From positions 31,250,001 through 31,314,000 of the forward strand of contig NC_086108.1 of the NCBI RefSeq assembly GCF_963921235.1: 64,000 bases of DNA. Reading direction: 5' to 3'. Position numbers and translations under genes: made by a program. Each line of letters starts with the position of its first letter. Positions within the stretch are counted from its first letter, which is position 1. The notes beneath the pieces were generated by a model that saw nothing but the letters and a program-made list of their open reading frames with translations, had not been told where the DNA came from and made no database searches. The DNA is from Mobula hypostoma (taxonomy: Eukaryota). Shown here piece after piece: positions 26,921 through 37,560 of the stretch.

Positions 26921-27513
26921 AAATCTCTTCTGTCTCTGTGCCTGTCAAAGTAATTTAAAATCTTATTTATGTATCCATCTCAACCACTTCGTCTGGGAGC
27001 TCATTTCATATATGGAACACCACCACCTCCGCGCCCCCCAGGTTTCTGTAAAATCCCTCCCCCCTCACCTTAATCCTATGTTCTCTAGTTCATGATTTCT
27101 CAGCCCTTGGGGGAACGATTGTGGACATTGATCCTTTCTATGGTCCTCATGATTTTACACACTGCTATAATATTGCCCCTCATTCTCCTGTGGTCCAATG
27201 AGAAAAGTTCCAATCTGCTCAAGCTCTTTCCATGACTCAAGTCCTTCAAGTCCTGACCATATCCTCATAAATCTCCTTTATATTCCTCTTGGGATGAGGA
27301 GGATAATGGAAAAACCTGGGCAGAACCAACACAGGTGATAGAGAGAATGTGAAAAATCCATCCCCATTCCTGTGTGGCTGCAGTGTTACCTGCTGGACTA
27401 CCATATCTCAGCCTTGTGGCAACATATTGTAGTTTATGCTGTTAGAGTATATTGATTACCTGTCTGTCAGTGAATGAGTAAGTGAGTAGGAAAAGAATGA
27501 ACAATGATAGAAG

Positions 27514-28723
27514 TTTCTGCCCTCCTTAGAGTTGACTATCATGCTTTTAGTTCTGGCTGCAAGATGTTGATTCTTTGTCTTTTCTCCATGGTTGGTTTTC
27601 TTCACTATTTCTTCAGTTGCCGTCTCTCCTTCATGAGGCCCTCTATCTCCTTTTGTCTTCTTGATTTGGACTGTGCTGGCAGCTTTGATTTAATTATTTC
27701 CCCCACTCCAAATCTTTCCGCTCCATAGTTGTAAATGAGGTCACCCATCCTCTCATTATCTTCCTAACTGTGTCCTTCAGCCCACTGAGGAATCTGCTTA
27801 GATCCTTGCCAACCGTTGCCCATTCTTTCTTGTTGAAGGTTTTTAGCCATTTCACAAGTCGCTTTTTCACCTGCAGCTTCTATTGTGCTGGCTGTCCTTG
27901 TCTATCCTGTGAGGAGTGGTCTTCACTGTCCTTGTCTATCCTGTGAGGAGTGGTCTTCACTGTCCTTGTCTATCCTGTGAGGAGTGGTCTTCACTGTCCT
28001 TGTCTATCCTGTGAGGAGTGGTCTTCACTGTCCTTGTCTATCCTGTGAGGAGTGGTCTTCAGTGCTGATGCGCACCTCTGAGACCGCACCTGGGTCACTG
28101 ATGCTCTGCAGACTTTGGGTTCCATCGTGCCACTGAACTTCATTTGACTTACTCGTGCTTTCCTCAAGAAATACTGGTTGATGCAAGGTCCCAGCCTTGT
28201 CTCCATCAAGCACTTCATCTTGCCCTGGTGTATCTTCAAGCCCCTAGCTGATGTTACTTTGGACCAGTCACAGATGCAACTCTGGAGTATGCTTCCTGCT
28301 GGTGTCACTGACTCGAGTACTATACTGCCTATGTTTCTCATAGTCAAAGTCATGCCATGCTCTGTTACCAGAATATCCATCCTTGAGTCATCTTGTGCCC
28401 TCTTGTGCCCCAACTCTCACTGACTCTGGGAGTATCTTTCTTTTTTGTAGTTATTGTAGCTATCAGTGGTTGAACCTTATATGTTACTTAGGCAAGAGGA
28501 GTCTGCTGCCATGGGTAGCTGGCCCATGGCAACCCCAATGGGGTCTTTCTCTCCTGTCATCTGATTTCCAGGATGTCACCAGGACTCTCCCTGGTTGTCA
28601 GCTGCTCTCTCACAGCAGTCACTGATGAATCAGATTTATAGTTTGACCTCATAAGACTAGATGTTTCAATCCCCTTGTTAAGCAGATCCTAACTCGGGTC
28701 ACAGCATAAAGATCTTTAGGGAT
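27514..28723 (-). mobile_element. HERO-like RLE non-LTR retrotransposon, 5' UTR and N-terminal ORF part
   Basis: N-terminal zinc finger CICDWSKVTSARGLKIHQGKMKC, then RLVKW..KEW and SRRQKEIE..ERRQLKK blocks; continuous with the RLE-bearing part once the Gypsy insertion is removed. Confidence 0.75.
27893..28061. repeat. 34-bp VNTR, 5 copies
   Basis: Unit TGTCCTTGTCTATCCTGTGAGGAGTGGTCTTCAC starting at 27893, 27927, 27961, 27995 and 28029. Confidence 0.97.
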
Positions 28724-29564
28724 TGTTACATACCTCGGAACTGGGTTGCCAAACCAGCAGAAATGGATCACTCAGTTGGAGTCTGGATTACTAGAACTAA
28801 GAAAGTTTTATTAAAGAAACAAGCAACACAGTAATCGAAAGGATAATAAATGCAACAGTTCAGCAATGATAAACACACATGTGCACAGAATTAAGATAAC
28901 AGCATCAATCAAGCTCTATCGTTGTCTAGGGGTAAGTGACCAAATTTCAAAGTGACACAAAAGTTCAGTCCAATTTAGTTCAGTTCGCAGTAATCGTTGC
29001 CATGGCGATGGACAACGTGGGGGGAGGGAGAGAGAGAACGGGAACGACTGATCATTCAGAAACGGCTTCCACTCACAGACCGGCGAGATTGCTCACAAGC
29101 AGCTTCCGGGTGGGTCCTTTGTGATGTCACCTGAGGTCACCGACTGTGACCCCTCTTCCAGATGCGGTCGATCCTCTGCAGTGAACCTGGCACCCAAGCG
29201 AGGGCGGACACACACCGGGTTCCCGCTGATCGTACCTTTCCACCCTGTGCGTTGTCCGATACTTCCCACCGACTTGTGAGAGGCGCACCGCTTCCAGGGT
29301 CTCGTTACCTCGGGTGTCGTGTGTGTCCTGCTTTAGCGAACCTGTCCCTTTTTATCCCCCTGCTGGGGCATCGCCTGTCCATCACTTCAAACAGTTCAGG
29401 GTTCAAAGGGGGAGCCGCTCCAGACAGCTCTCTCTCCCGTCCCTTCAGTACACATCTCCAAATGCTGCTTCATTGTTCCTTATCTCTCTCTTGAAGACAG
29501 GTGGCAGACCAACTGCTGATCACACAGGACTGCTAACATCTTATCTATGTGTATTCTTGTCACA
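28724..29564 (-). repeat. 3' LTR
   Basis: TGTTACA...TGTCACA; adjacent PPT on the minus strand (TTAAAGGGGGGAAG, 29565-29578). Confidence 0.95.
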
Positions 29565-29689
29565 CTTCCCCCCTTTAAGGATTTTTACCGGGAGGTAAAA
29601 ATTACAAACATGAATACATTAGTTGATACACACACAAATATACATCTTTATCAGCTATTTGGCTAATACAGAGAATTTGAAGTTGTCAA

Positions 29690-30196
29690 CACCTTGACAG
29701 GCAGTCATCACATTTTCTGTTCCTTTTATATGTGTTATTAATAATCCCTTAGACCAGACTCCAACTCAGCAAACTTCATAGTGGCCAAAAACACTGATGA
29801 ATTGCGATCAATGTAAACTCTCATTTGGTTCCGTCCCGGACCACAATAACAAGGGTCGTCCCATTCCGACTCCGGTTTCTCTCGCAAGGGCATAGTAGGA
29901 GGGGGAGGGGTAGTGACCGCAGAGTTATTGCAAAACTTCCTACAGTACCCCACCATCTCCAAGAGCCTTCTGAGGGCCCTGTTGTCTGTCGGGGTTGGGA
30001 GGTCAGCGATCGCCTGCACTGTAGCTTGCATCGCTGCCAGCTGCCCCTGTGTCACCACAATTCCCAGGTAAGTGACCTTCGCATGGCCGAACTCATTTTT
30101 TTCAAGGTTCACTATCAAGCTGGCTTCAGACAGCCGTACTAAATTGCCAATACACACCTCTGTGTTCATCAGCCCTTTAATCACTGAATTACTCAT
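29690..30196 (-). pseudogene. RT C-terminal and RNase H remnants of the Gypsy element
   Basis: RLSEASLIVNLEKNEFGHAKVTYLG..ALRRLLEMVGYCRKF and HIKGTENV; no YxDD core. Confidence 0.8.
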
Positions 30197-30220
30197 TATA
30201 TATGGTTGTTGTTTACTAGG

Positions 30221-32690
30221 CTAGCCTATTGTAACAGACATCACCCAACGTCCCAGTTCTTTGCATTGCCTCGGGACAATCAACCACACGGGTGCGAGTC
30301 GTTTAATTACTCCTAAAGAGTCGCTTTGTTCGGGGATTAAGGGAGAGACCTTATCAGTAGACCTGGCCAAAACAATAGCCTTCTCCCATCTGATCGATCC
30401 CATACTAATCTTTTCAAAATGGTTCTTTTTTTCTCTTATCAGGGGGCCCCTAGCTTCATTGATTTCCACGCTAACACCGACTAGGTTTGTTAGCATATCA
30501 AAAGCTGGTGACCGTCTCAGTACGCGTCGGTCATGATCAATAACATTCTTCCCACTGGGCAGCCGGTAAACCTCTTTCATGATTCCACCAACTGTTTCCT
30601 CCAGCACCGCAAAATGTCCACCGGGGGGTACCTCGTGGGCCATGTTAAAAGCCTCATCCCCATAACTCTTTTGCACCACCCCCCACTCCTCATCAGTGGG
30701 CACGGTACTTGGTCTCCCTTTCTTCCTTAGCACTTCCTCCTCTGCACAATAGCTTACTAGTTCCCTTGTTAAAGCTGGGTCAGAGAGAGCTGTCTCTGCC
30801 AAAACCATCAGCCCCTCGTCTCGCTCCTGCGTCTGCACAAATTCTTTCCTGGCTACTGCTACGTCTGCCCCAGCTCCCTCACTACCTCTTGTCTCACGAC
30901 ACTCCTTCTTTTCATTTTCTACCCCCGTCTCGCACAAGGTTGGCAGAAACGTTTCAGCTAAATTTACCATTGCAGTTAAATTCACTACCGCAGCCCCATG
31001 ATGAACCTGTGAGTCCATGGGCGGGGCCTCACAGCTGGCAGGCTGACCTGTCAATCTCACGACTGGGAACACGATTCCTCCGGCGATGTCATTACCGAGC
31101 AAGACTTCCACGCCTTTCATCGGTAATTCGGACCTCACCCCGATCGTGACTAGTCCAGAGACCAGGTTGCTTTGTAAGTGTATCTGGTGCAAAGGGACTG
31201 ACTCTGTCCCTTCCCCAACACCTTTGACCTCTACCTCCCCAGTCTGGGTCTCTGAGCTAAACACTAATACACTCTTCAGTATTAGTGACTGACACGCTCC
31301 CGTATCTCTCCAGATCCGCACTGGAACTGGTTTTAACCCCTCCTTCACTGACACCAATCCGGCCGAGATAAACTTCTCGCGCCCTTCCTGAACTTTGGCA
31401 GACCTGACCGTCCCTAGCGGTTCGCTTAACAGCTCGATACAGCCATTCAAAATCGCTGTTTTTCCTTTTCCCGTCTCCTCCTTTGGAGCAAAGCACCTGG
31501 ACGCAAAGTGTCCGGCTTTCCCACAATTATAACAGATGACCCCAGGAGACTTCCTGCCAGACTGCTCCCAGTCTACCTTATCCTTCTCACTAGTCCCCGG
31601 CTTACTTTCTGACTTTTCCGGCGGACTCTCCCCGCCGTCCTGACTACCCTTCTGGTAGCCTTTACTCGGGGAAAACTTCATTTTATGCGTCAACGCATAC
31701 TCATCCGCTAACTTAGCAGTTGCGGCTAACGTGGCTGCCTCTTTCTCATCGAGGTAGGGTCTCATACCCTCACGGACACAACCTTTAAACTGCTCAATCA
31801 GGATCAGCTGTAGCAGTCTGTCATAATCTCCCTCTACCCCCTTGAGGCGCACCAATGCTCACAATATGTCTGCATCTCACGGGCAAACTCCAAATACGTG
31901 CGGTCCCACTGCTTCCTCGCATTCCGGAACCTCTGCCGGTATGCCTCCGGGACCAACTCATAAATCCTGAGGATGGCCTCTTTTACCACCTCATACCTCT
32001 GGGCATCTTCCGCGGACAAAGCGGAGTAAGCTTCTTAGGCTTTCCCTTTCAGTACACTCTGAAGTAACACAGCCCACTTATCCCTCGGCCATTCCTGACT
32101 TATAACCACTTTTTCGAAATGGAGAAAGTACCGATCCACGTCGGTATCGTCAAATGGGGGAACCAGCCTAACCTCCTGGGTCGCCCGGAACCCTCCACCT
32201 TGGTTCAGCACGAGCCCCTGCTCGGCCCTTATCTTTAATTTCTCCAGCTCAAATTCCCTTTCCCTCTGTTTCCCTCTCTCTTCTCGCTCCCATTGCCTCT
32301 CTTTCTCCTCTCTCTCCAACTGTCTCTCTCTCTCTTTCTCTTCTCTCTCCAACTGTCTCTCTCTCTCTTGTCTTTCTACCTCTCTCTCCTTCTCTTCTTG
32401 CCCCAACTGTCGTACCTGGAACTCATGCTCGAGTCTCAGTTTTTCAAGCTGTACCTGTACCGCGTCTCCAGCAGGTTTTTCAATAGACACCACCCCCAGC
32501 TCGCCTTGGGGAAACACACCCTTAGATACATAGTGCTCTACAATAGCTCTGTGTATCTCCTCTCCCCCATTGTCGACTTCACCTTAGCAAGATTCAACCG
32601 TTTGGCCGCAGCTACCAATTCCAATTTCCTGGCATCCTCTAATGCCTCCAAGGTCGGCGCCTTTATAAATTCCTCAGCCTCCATTTCTGC
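30221..32690 (-). pseudogene. gag-protease-(integrase remnant) of the Gmr1-like element, broken by a stop and a frameshift
   Basis: Coiled-coil ERE repeats; SCAN-like YEVVKEAILRIYELVPEAYRQRFR..ILIEQF..AKLADEY; CCHC knuckle CYNCGKAGHFASRC; protease RDTGA; integrase Zn-site remnant AHEVPPGGH. Confidence 0.85.
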
Positions 32691-32760
32691 TGTTTGTCTT
32701 TTCTTTCTTTCGGAAATTTTAACCCAATCAATTTACTCCGTCCCAAATTTAGCGTTCAAA

Positions 32761-32779
32761 ATCGCGGACGAGAACCCCA
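32761..32779 (-). promoter_or_regulatory. Primer-binding site, tRNA-Pro-like
   Basis: Minus strand TGGGGTTCTCGTCCGCGAT versus the tRNA-Pro-type PBS TGGGGGCTCGTCCGGGAT, 4 nt inside the LTR. Confidence 0.8.
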
Positions 32780-32783
32780 CTTA

Positions 32784-33628
32784 TGTTACGTACCCCGTAA
32801 CTGGGTTGCCAAACCAGCAGAAATGGATCATTCAGTTGGAGTCTGGATTACTAGAACTAAGAAAGTTTTATTAAAGAAACAAGCAACACAGTAATCGAAA
32901 GGATAATAAATGCAACAGTTCAGCAATGATAACCACACATGTGCACAGAATTAAGATAACAGCATCAATCAAGCTCTATTGTTGTCTAGGGGTAAGTGAC
33001 CAAATTTCAAAGTGACACAAAAGTTCAGTCCAATTTAGTTCAGTTCGCAGTAATCGTTGCCATGGCGATGGACAACGTAGGGGGAGGGAGAGAGAGAACG
33101 GGAACGACTGATCATTCAGAAACGGCTTCCACTCACAGACCGGCGAGATTGCTCACAAGCAGCTTTCGGGTGGGTCCTTTGTGATGTCACCTGAGGTCAC
33201 CGACTGTGACCCCTCCTCCAGATGCGGTCGATCCTCTGCAGTGAACCCGGCACCCAAGCAAGGGCGGACACACACCAGGTTCCCGCTGACCGTACCTTTC
33301 CACCCTGTGCGTTTAAGGCCCGATACTTCCCACCGACTCGTGAGAGGCGCACCGCTTCCAGGGTCTCGTTACCTCGGGTGTCGTGTGTGTCCTGCCTTAG
33401 CGAACCTGTCCCTTTTTATCCCCCTGCTGGGGCATCGCCTGTCCATCACTTCAAACAGTTCAGGGTTCAAAGGGGGAGCCGCTCCAGACAGCTCTCTCTC
33501 CCGTCCCTTCATTACACATCTCCAAATGCTGCTTCATTGTTCCTTATCTCTCTCTTGAAGACAGGTGGCAGACCAACTGCTGATCACACAGGACAGCTAA
33601 CATCTTATCTATGTATATTCTTGTCACA
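32784..33628 (-). repeat. 5' LTR
   Basis: TGTTACG...TGTCACA; highly similar to 28724-29564. Confidence 0.95.
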
Positions 33629-33652
33629 GGATAAAGATCTTAAGATCTTAAG

Positions 33653-33747
33653 AGTCCTGACGAAGGGTTCCGGCCTGAAACATCGACCGATCTTTTCCAC
33701 GGATGCTGCCCGACCTGCTGAGTTCTTCCAGCACATTGTGAGTGTTG
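33653..33747 (+). mobile_element. Short Penelope terminal-repeat fragment carrying a decayed minimal hammerhead
   Basis: AGTC-CTGACGA-AGGGTTCCGGCCT-GAAAC-ATC-GACC followed by GATGCTGCCCGACCTGCTGAGTTCTTCCAGCA; flanked by duplicated GATCTTAAG. Confidence 0.75.
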
Positions 33748-35380
33748 ATCTTAAGATAGGACTTGATGAGTGACAGATGCTTCTCAGGGGTCATCAGATG
33801 GGCACCCCACTTCTTAGATGTTTCATCAGTTTAACCCATTACATCACCAGAAGGCTCAACAGTGCGGCCCAGCATCTGAGGTGCAGCCCCCTTTCACTTC
33901 TGGCCCACCCATGGGTCATTATAGGGCCCGGCTGCCATCACTCCTCTTCATCCATAACCAGTGGCTACTCCGCTTGGCTACCTCCGAGAGGTCTTTCATA
34001 ACACGCCACTGGCCCTGGCCTCATAATCCCAATCCCTTCAGCAATCTGACCATGGAGGCAGCCACAAATCCTCGGCAGCCAACACCTACTGAGAAACTCT
34101 GCACCTTCCATCCACGCTGCTTAGCATCTGCGGCCAGCTCAGCGTATCTCAGGTATTTCTGCTCATACTCCTCGTAGACTGCAACTTCCCAGGGCACAGT
34201 GAGCTCTGAGATTACTGCAGCCTTTAGACTGCTGGACTGCAAGACCAAATCTGGTCTAAGGATGGTAGTGGCTATCTCTGGGGAATATATTAGCCTTTTG
34301 GCAAGGTCAACAGTCATGAGCACGCTCCAGTATGCCTGACACCAACTGTGTCAGTGAGGGTGGCACTGTCTGTCCTTGCTGCACAAAGGTGATGGTTGTT
34401 CTTCCACTCATATGGGGCTTAGAGTGCTATTCAGCCTTTACTTCTCCACAATGGATGCCAAACGTCTGAGGACCTAGTTGTGCCTCCATGCGTATCTTCC
34501 TTGAGTGAGGCTTACTTTGCAAGATGAGAGGATGTGCTTGAGGTTTGCTGTTCTTCCACAGAGTGGGCAAGCTGGGTCTTCACTGAGCCACTGGTTCAGA
34601 TCTTTGGGAGTTGGGAGAACATCATAAACAGCTCTTTTAAGGAAGCTGATCTTTCTTCCTTCCTTTTTCCGTCAGTCTTTCCCGCTGAATTTTCTCTTCT
34701 CAGTGTTTTCCCAACTTGTCCACTGCCCTGTTTTGCCTGAGACACTGCTCTTGCATACCTCATCTGTTCCTGTCGCTGTACGTCCTCCACCACCATGCTC
34801 ACCTTTGCTTTTGTGTTGTCGCCTTTTGCCAAATAGGCTTATTTGAGCCTGCGCCAAAGCCCCATCCTCCAGATTGCATCTGGCCCACCATGTCTGCAAA
34901 CCTGATGCAGCTTTTGCCTGTTTTCCTGACTCTACTGGACACCACTTTCTCCCTGTTAAGGTCCTGGGTGCAATATCCTGGACAACACTGTCATGAGATT
35001 CAGAGAAAGTCATCTCAAGCCTCACCTTGGCACACTTGGAACTCTTCAGTCAGCCCCGTGACAGGCAACTCCAGAGCTCCTTTGCCATACAGGTAGATGT
35101 ATCTTAGCGATCTTGGCAGACCCATCCACTTCTTAATGAAGGAACTAACTGTCCTCTCCAGCTTTTCAACATGAGTGATGGGGACTTCATACAGACTCAG
35201 TGGCCACAACACCTGAGGGTGCAATCCAAAGTGAAGGCACCAGACCTTGAGGTTCCTTGGCAGCAAGGTCTCATTGATGGCTTTAAGCCCTGCTTCTTTT
35301 CCCAGCAGTTTCACTGGATTTGCATCACTGGTTTATGTTGTACCAATGCCCCAAGCTTTTTAACTGGCATTTCTGACACA
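33748..35380 (-). mobile_element. HERO-like RLE retrotransposon, 3' part (RT C-terminus, CCHC finger, RLE, 3' UTR)
   Basis: LWPLSLYEVPITHVEKLER..KWMGLPRSL; CPLC..HILSSC..GRYAWRHN; RPDLVL..ELTVPWE..YAEL..VGCRGF (PD-(D/E)xK nuclease). Confidence 0.85.
33786..33846 (-). ncRNA. Candidate permuted hammerhead ribozyme in the HERO-like 3' UTR
   Basis: Minus strand GAUGU-A-AUGGG-(10 nt)-GAA-ACAUC-(14 nt)-CCCAU-CUGAUGA-CCCC; GAUGU/ACAUC and AUGGG/CCCAU are perfectly complementary around the core motifs. Confidence 0.5.
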
Positions 35381-35384
35381 AATA

Positions 35385-35451
35385 CAGTACTGTGCTAAAG
35401 TCTTAGGTACCCTAGCTATATATATTTGCCTTAGACTTCTGCACAGTTCTG
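35385..35451. mobile_element. Tiny Tc1-type MITE
   Basis: TIRs CAGTACTGTGCTAAAGTCTTAGG and CCTTAGACTTCTGCACAGTTCTG with TA on both sides. Confidence 0.7.
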
Positions 35452-35454
35452 TAC

Positions 35455-35680
35455 TTTCCTTTCACATGGCTTCACCTATTGCTTTCTAGCTTATGTTCCT
35501 TCCCTTCACCCTGCCTTCTTGTTCTCACTTCTTCCCCCTTTCTTTCCTGTTCTGATTAAGGTTTTTTGCCTGAAACATCGACTCTTCATTCCTTTCCATT
35601 GTCTGACCTGCTGAACTCCTCCAGTAGCTTGTATGTGTCACTCTGGATTTCCACCATCTGCAGAATCTCTTTTGTTTGCA
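35455..35680 (+). mobile_element. Penelope-like 3' end remnant
   Basis: Decayed CTGATTAAGG..GAAACATCGAC followed by CTGACCTGCTGAACTCCTCCAG. Confidence 0.6.
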
Positions 35681-35714
35681 TTCTACTTATAATGCATTCG
35701 TTCCACTCACTTCC

Positions 35715-36295
35715 TACAGGTGGTCATAGCCGGAGGTGGGGTGGTTAGTGGGGTTAAGCTCCCATTAACTATTGAATGTTTCTAATGATGCGTGTCTCAA
35801 AATAATCTCTGACAACCAAATCCATCTCCTGCCGTTTGCATGTGGCTTATCTACTGAGCCTGGCAGAACTGTTTCTACCGACAGGAGAAGGGGCAAAGAC
35901 AGGTTACTGGTGCCTTATAACCAGTCACTTCTGGAAAATGGGGCTAATCAGGTGTGGTTGACAGCTCGTCTAGGAGAAGGAAATCTCTTATCTGAAACCT
36001 CCCCTGCTTGTGACTAGACCCACTCTTGGGGAAGTTTTAGGAGCAAACTCTGAGGAATGTGGTGCTGGAGACCCTAAGGCAGTCCTACATTGTTCAATGC
36101 TGACTGGCAGCTTCTCTGATGCCACCAGTGCCAAACAGTATCAATCTCTGCTGTTCCATTGGATGCATCAGCTCCATAGAGAGGAGGAGCCTACTGCACG
36201 ATCAACAGCTTGCTCTCCATAGCGTACTGGCTTGCTTCTCATGTAGACGGCTAGGACGCGACATCCATGATAGACCAAAACCAACAGAGAGCCTC
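35715..36295 (+). mobile_element. Probable RTE 5'-UTR-derived non-autonomous element
   Basis: Contains CTAGGAGAAGGAAATCTCT, a motif I associate with RTE 5' UTRs; no ORF. Confidence 0.4.
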
Positions 36296-36893
36296 TTGGC
36301 CTCTCAGTCCCACTCATGTTTCCTCTTTAAATGATGCACCTGACAGCAATATTGCCAGAGTGATTTGAATTTGGTCACAATGAAGCAGCAGCCAAGTAAG
36401 AGTGAACTTTTCTTGCCATGCTACACGAGTATACTAAGAGTGGTCAAATTTGGACATCCTGGTCTAGAAGTCTTACTGCTTTTAGAAGATCTTTCACCTT
36501 TTTTGATTGATGAACGACAATGCATCTTTCTGCAACTCCTGACCAAGACATTGAACCTCAGCACAAAGAACAGTTCAGTTTTAAGGAGGGCATTCTAATT
36601 TTAGTGGATACCATAGAGCAAAATCTCCACAATGAAGTCGTTAATAAAGATAGTTTTTCTGCTATTAATTCAGTTTTTCACACTCAAATATCAATGGCAG
36701 CTCTTTTAAATGTCTTTAGCATAAAGCCCTCACACTGTAAACATTTAGTTGCTGCTGAATCATGAACCTCTGATCGACTCATTGTTCAACAAGCATTAAT
36801 GAGCAGGTCTGAGGTGGGAACTTTAGTGATTGCATACTTGCAGTACTACTAGATATTCACCTGTGGTGTACTTTCTAGGGAAAGCCCAGCCAT

Positions 36894-37560
36894 TCTTCCT
36901 CTTCTTCATGTGCCTTGTGCAGTACACGCTTGGGCGATCATGGCTCTCCACATCGAACGATCCCTCGCAGTGTGAATGATATCTTGCACACTTAAATCTG
37001 TTACTTCTTTCACAGCATCCATATATTTTCTTCTTTGCCTTGCTCTACTGCGTTTCCCAGGCATACGGCCTTATAATGTAAGGCATTCTATTTCTCCCTT
37101 TCTGATGACATGGCCCAGGAATTTAAGTTTTCTCTCATTTAATGTTCTCATTAAAGATCTTTTTGTATGGGCACATTGGAGTACTGTCTCTTTAGCTACC
37201 CTATCTCTATGTGATATTTTCAGCATTCTTCTTAGAAGCAACAGAAATGGTTCTGGTGTTACAGTCCATGTTTCGGAAGCATACAGCAAGATTGACCAGA
37301 TGTAACTTTTCAGTAGCCTAAGCCTTGTTGTCATAGAAATGTGTCTGTTGGTAAAAATGGGTTTCATTTTTTGGAAGTTGGTTTTGGCAATGGCAATTCT
37401 TCTTTTTATTTCTACTTTACTTCTAGCATCTTGTGATATAAAACTACCAAGGTAATTGAAGCTGGTCTTTTGTTCAATCTCCTGGTTACCGATGTACAAT
37501 TGGCAGTTGGGAGTATCCTGCTGTTTTGATATTACCATACATTTCATTTTTTTACAGTTG
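36894..37560 (-). mobile_element. RTE-clade LINE 3' fragment
   Basis: FNYLGSFISQDARSKVEIKRRIAIAK..LLKSYIWSILLYASETWT..RKLKFLGHVIRK; (GAA)n tail at 36894-36907. Confidence 0.85.

Larger units (their letters stand above)
26202..28673 (+). repeat. Segmental duplication copy 1 (partner 53268-55963)
   Basis: Colinear, near-identical sequence containing a CR1 3' end, unique-looking DNA and the HERO-like 5' part; 28062-28396 reads identical to 55362-55696. Confidence 0.95.
28724..33628 (-). mobile_element. Ty3/Gypsy LTR retrotransposon, Gmr1-like, internally deleted (non-autonomous)
   Basis: Two TG...CA LTRs of about 840 bp; 4-bp TSD GGAT (28720-28723 and 33629-33632); tRNA-Pro-like PBS and PPT; gag-pro remnants followed by integrase then RT remnants. 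Confidence 0.93.

Noticed and set aside
30221..32019. Host ZSCAN gene
   Set aside because: The SCAN-like region lies between two LTRs with PBS, PPT, knuckle and protease, and there is no C2H2 array.
32293..32874. 193-aa Leu/Ser-rich plus-strand ORF
   Set aside because: Antisense shadow of the gag ERE coiled-coil region.
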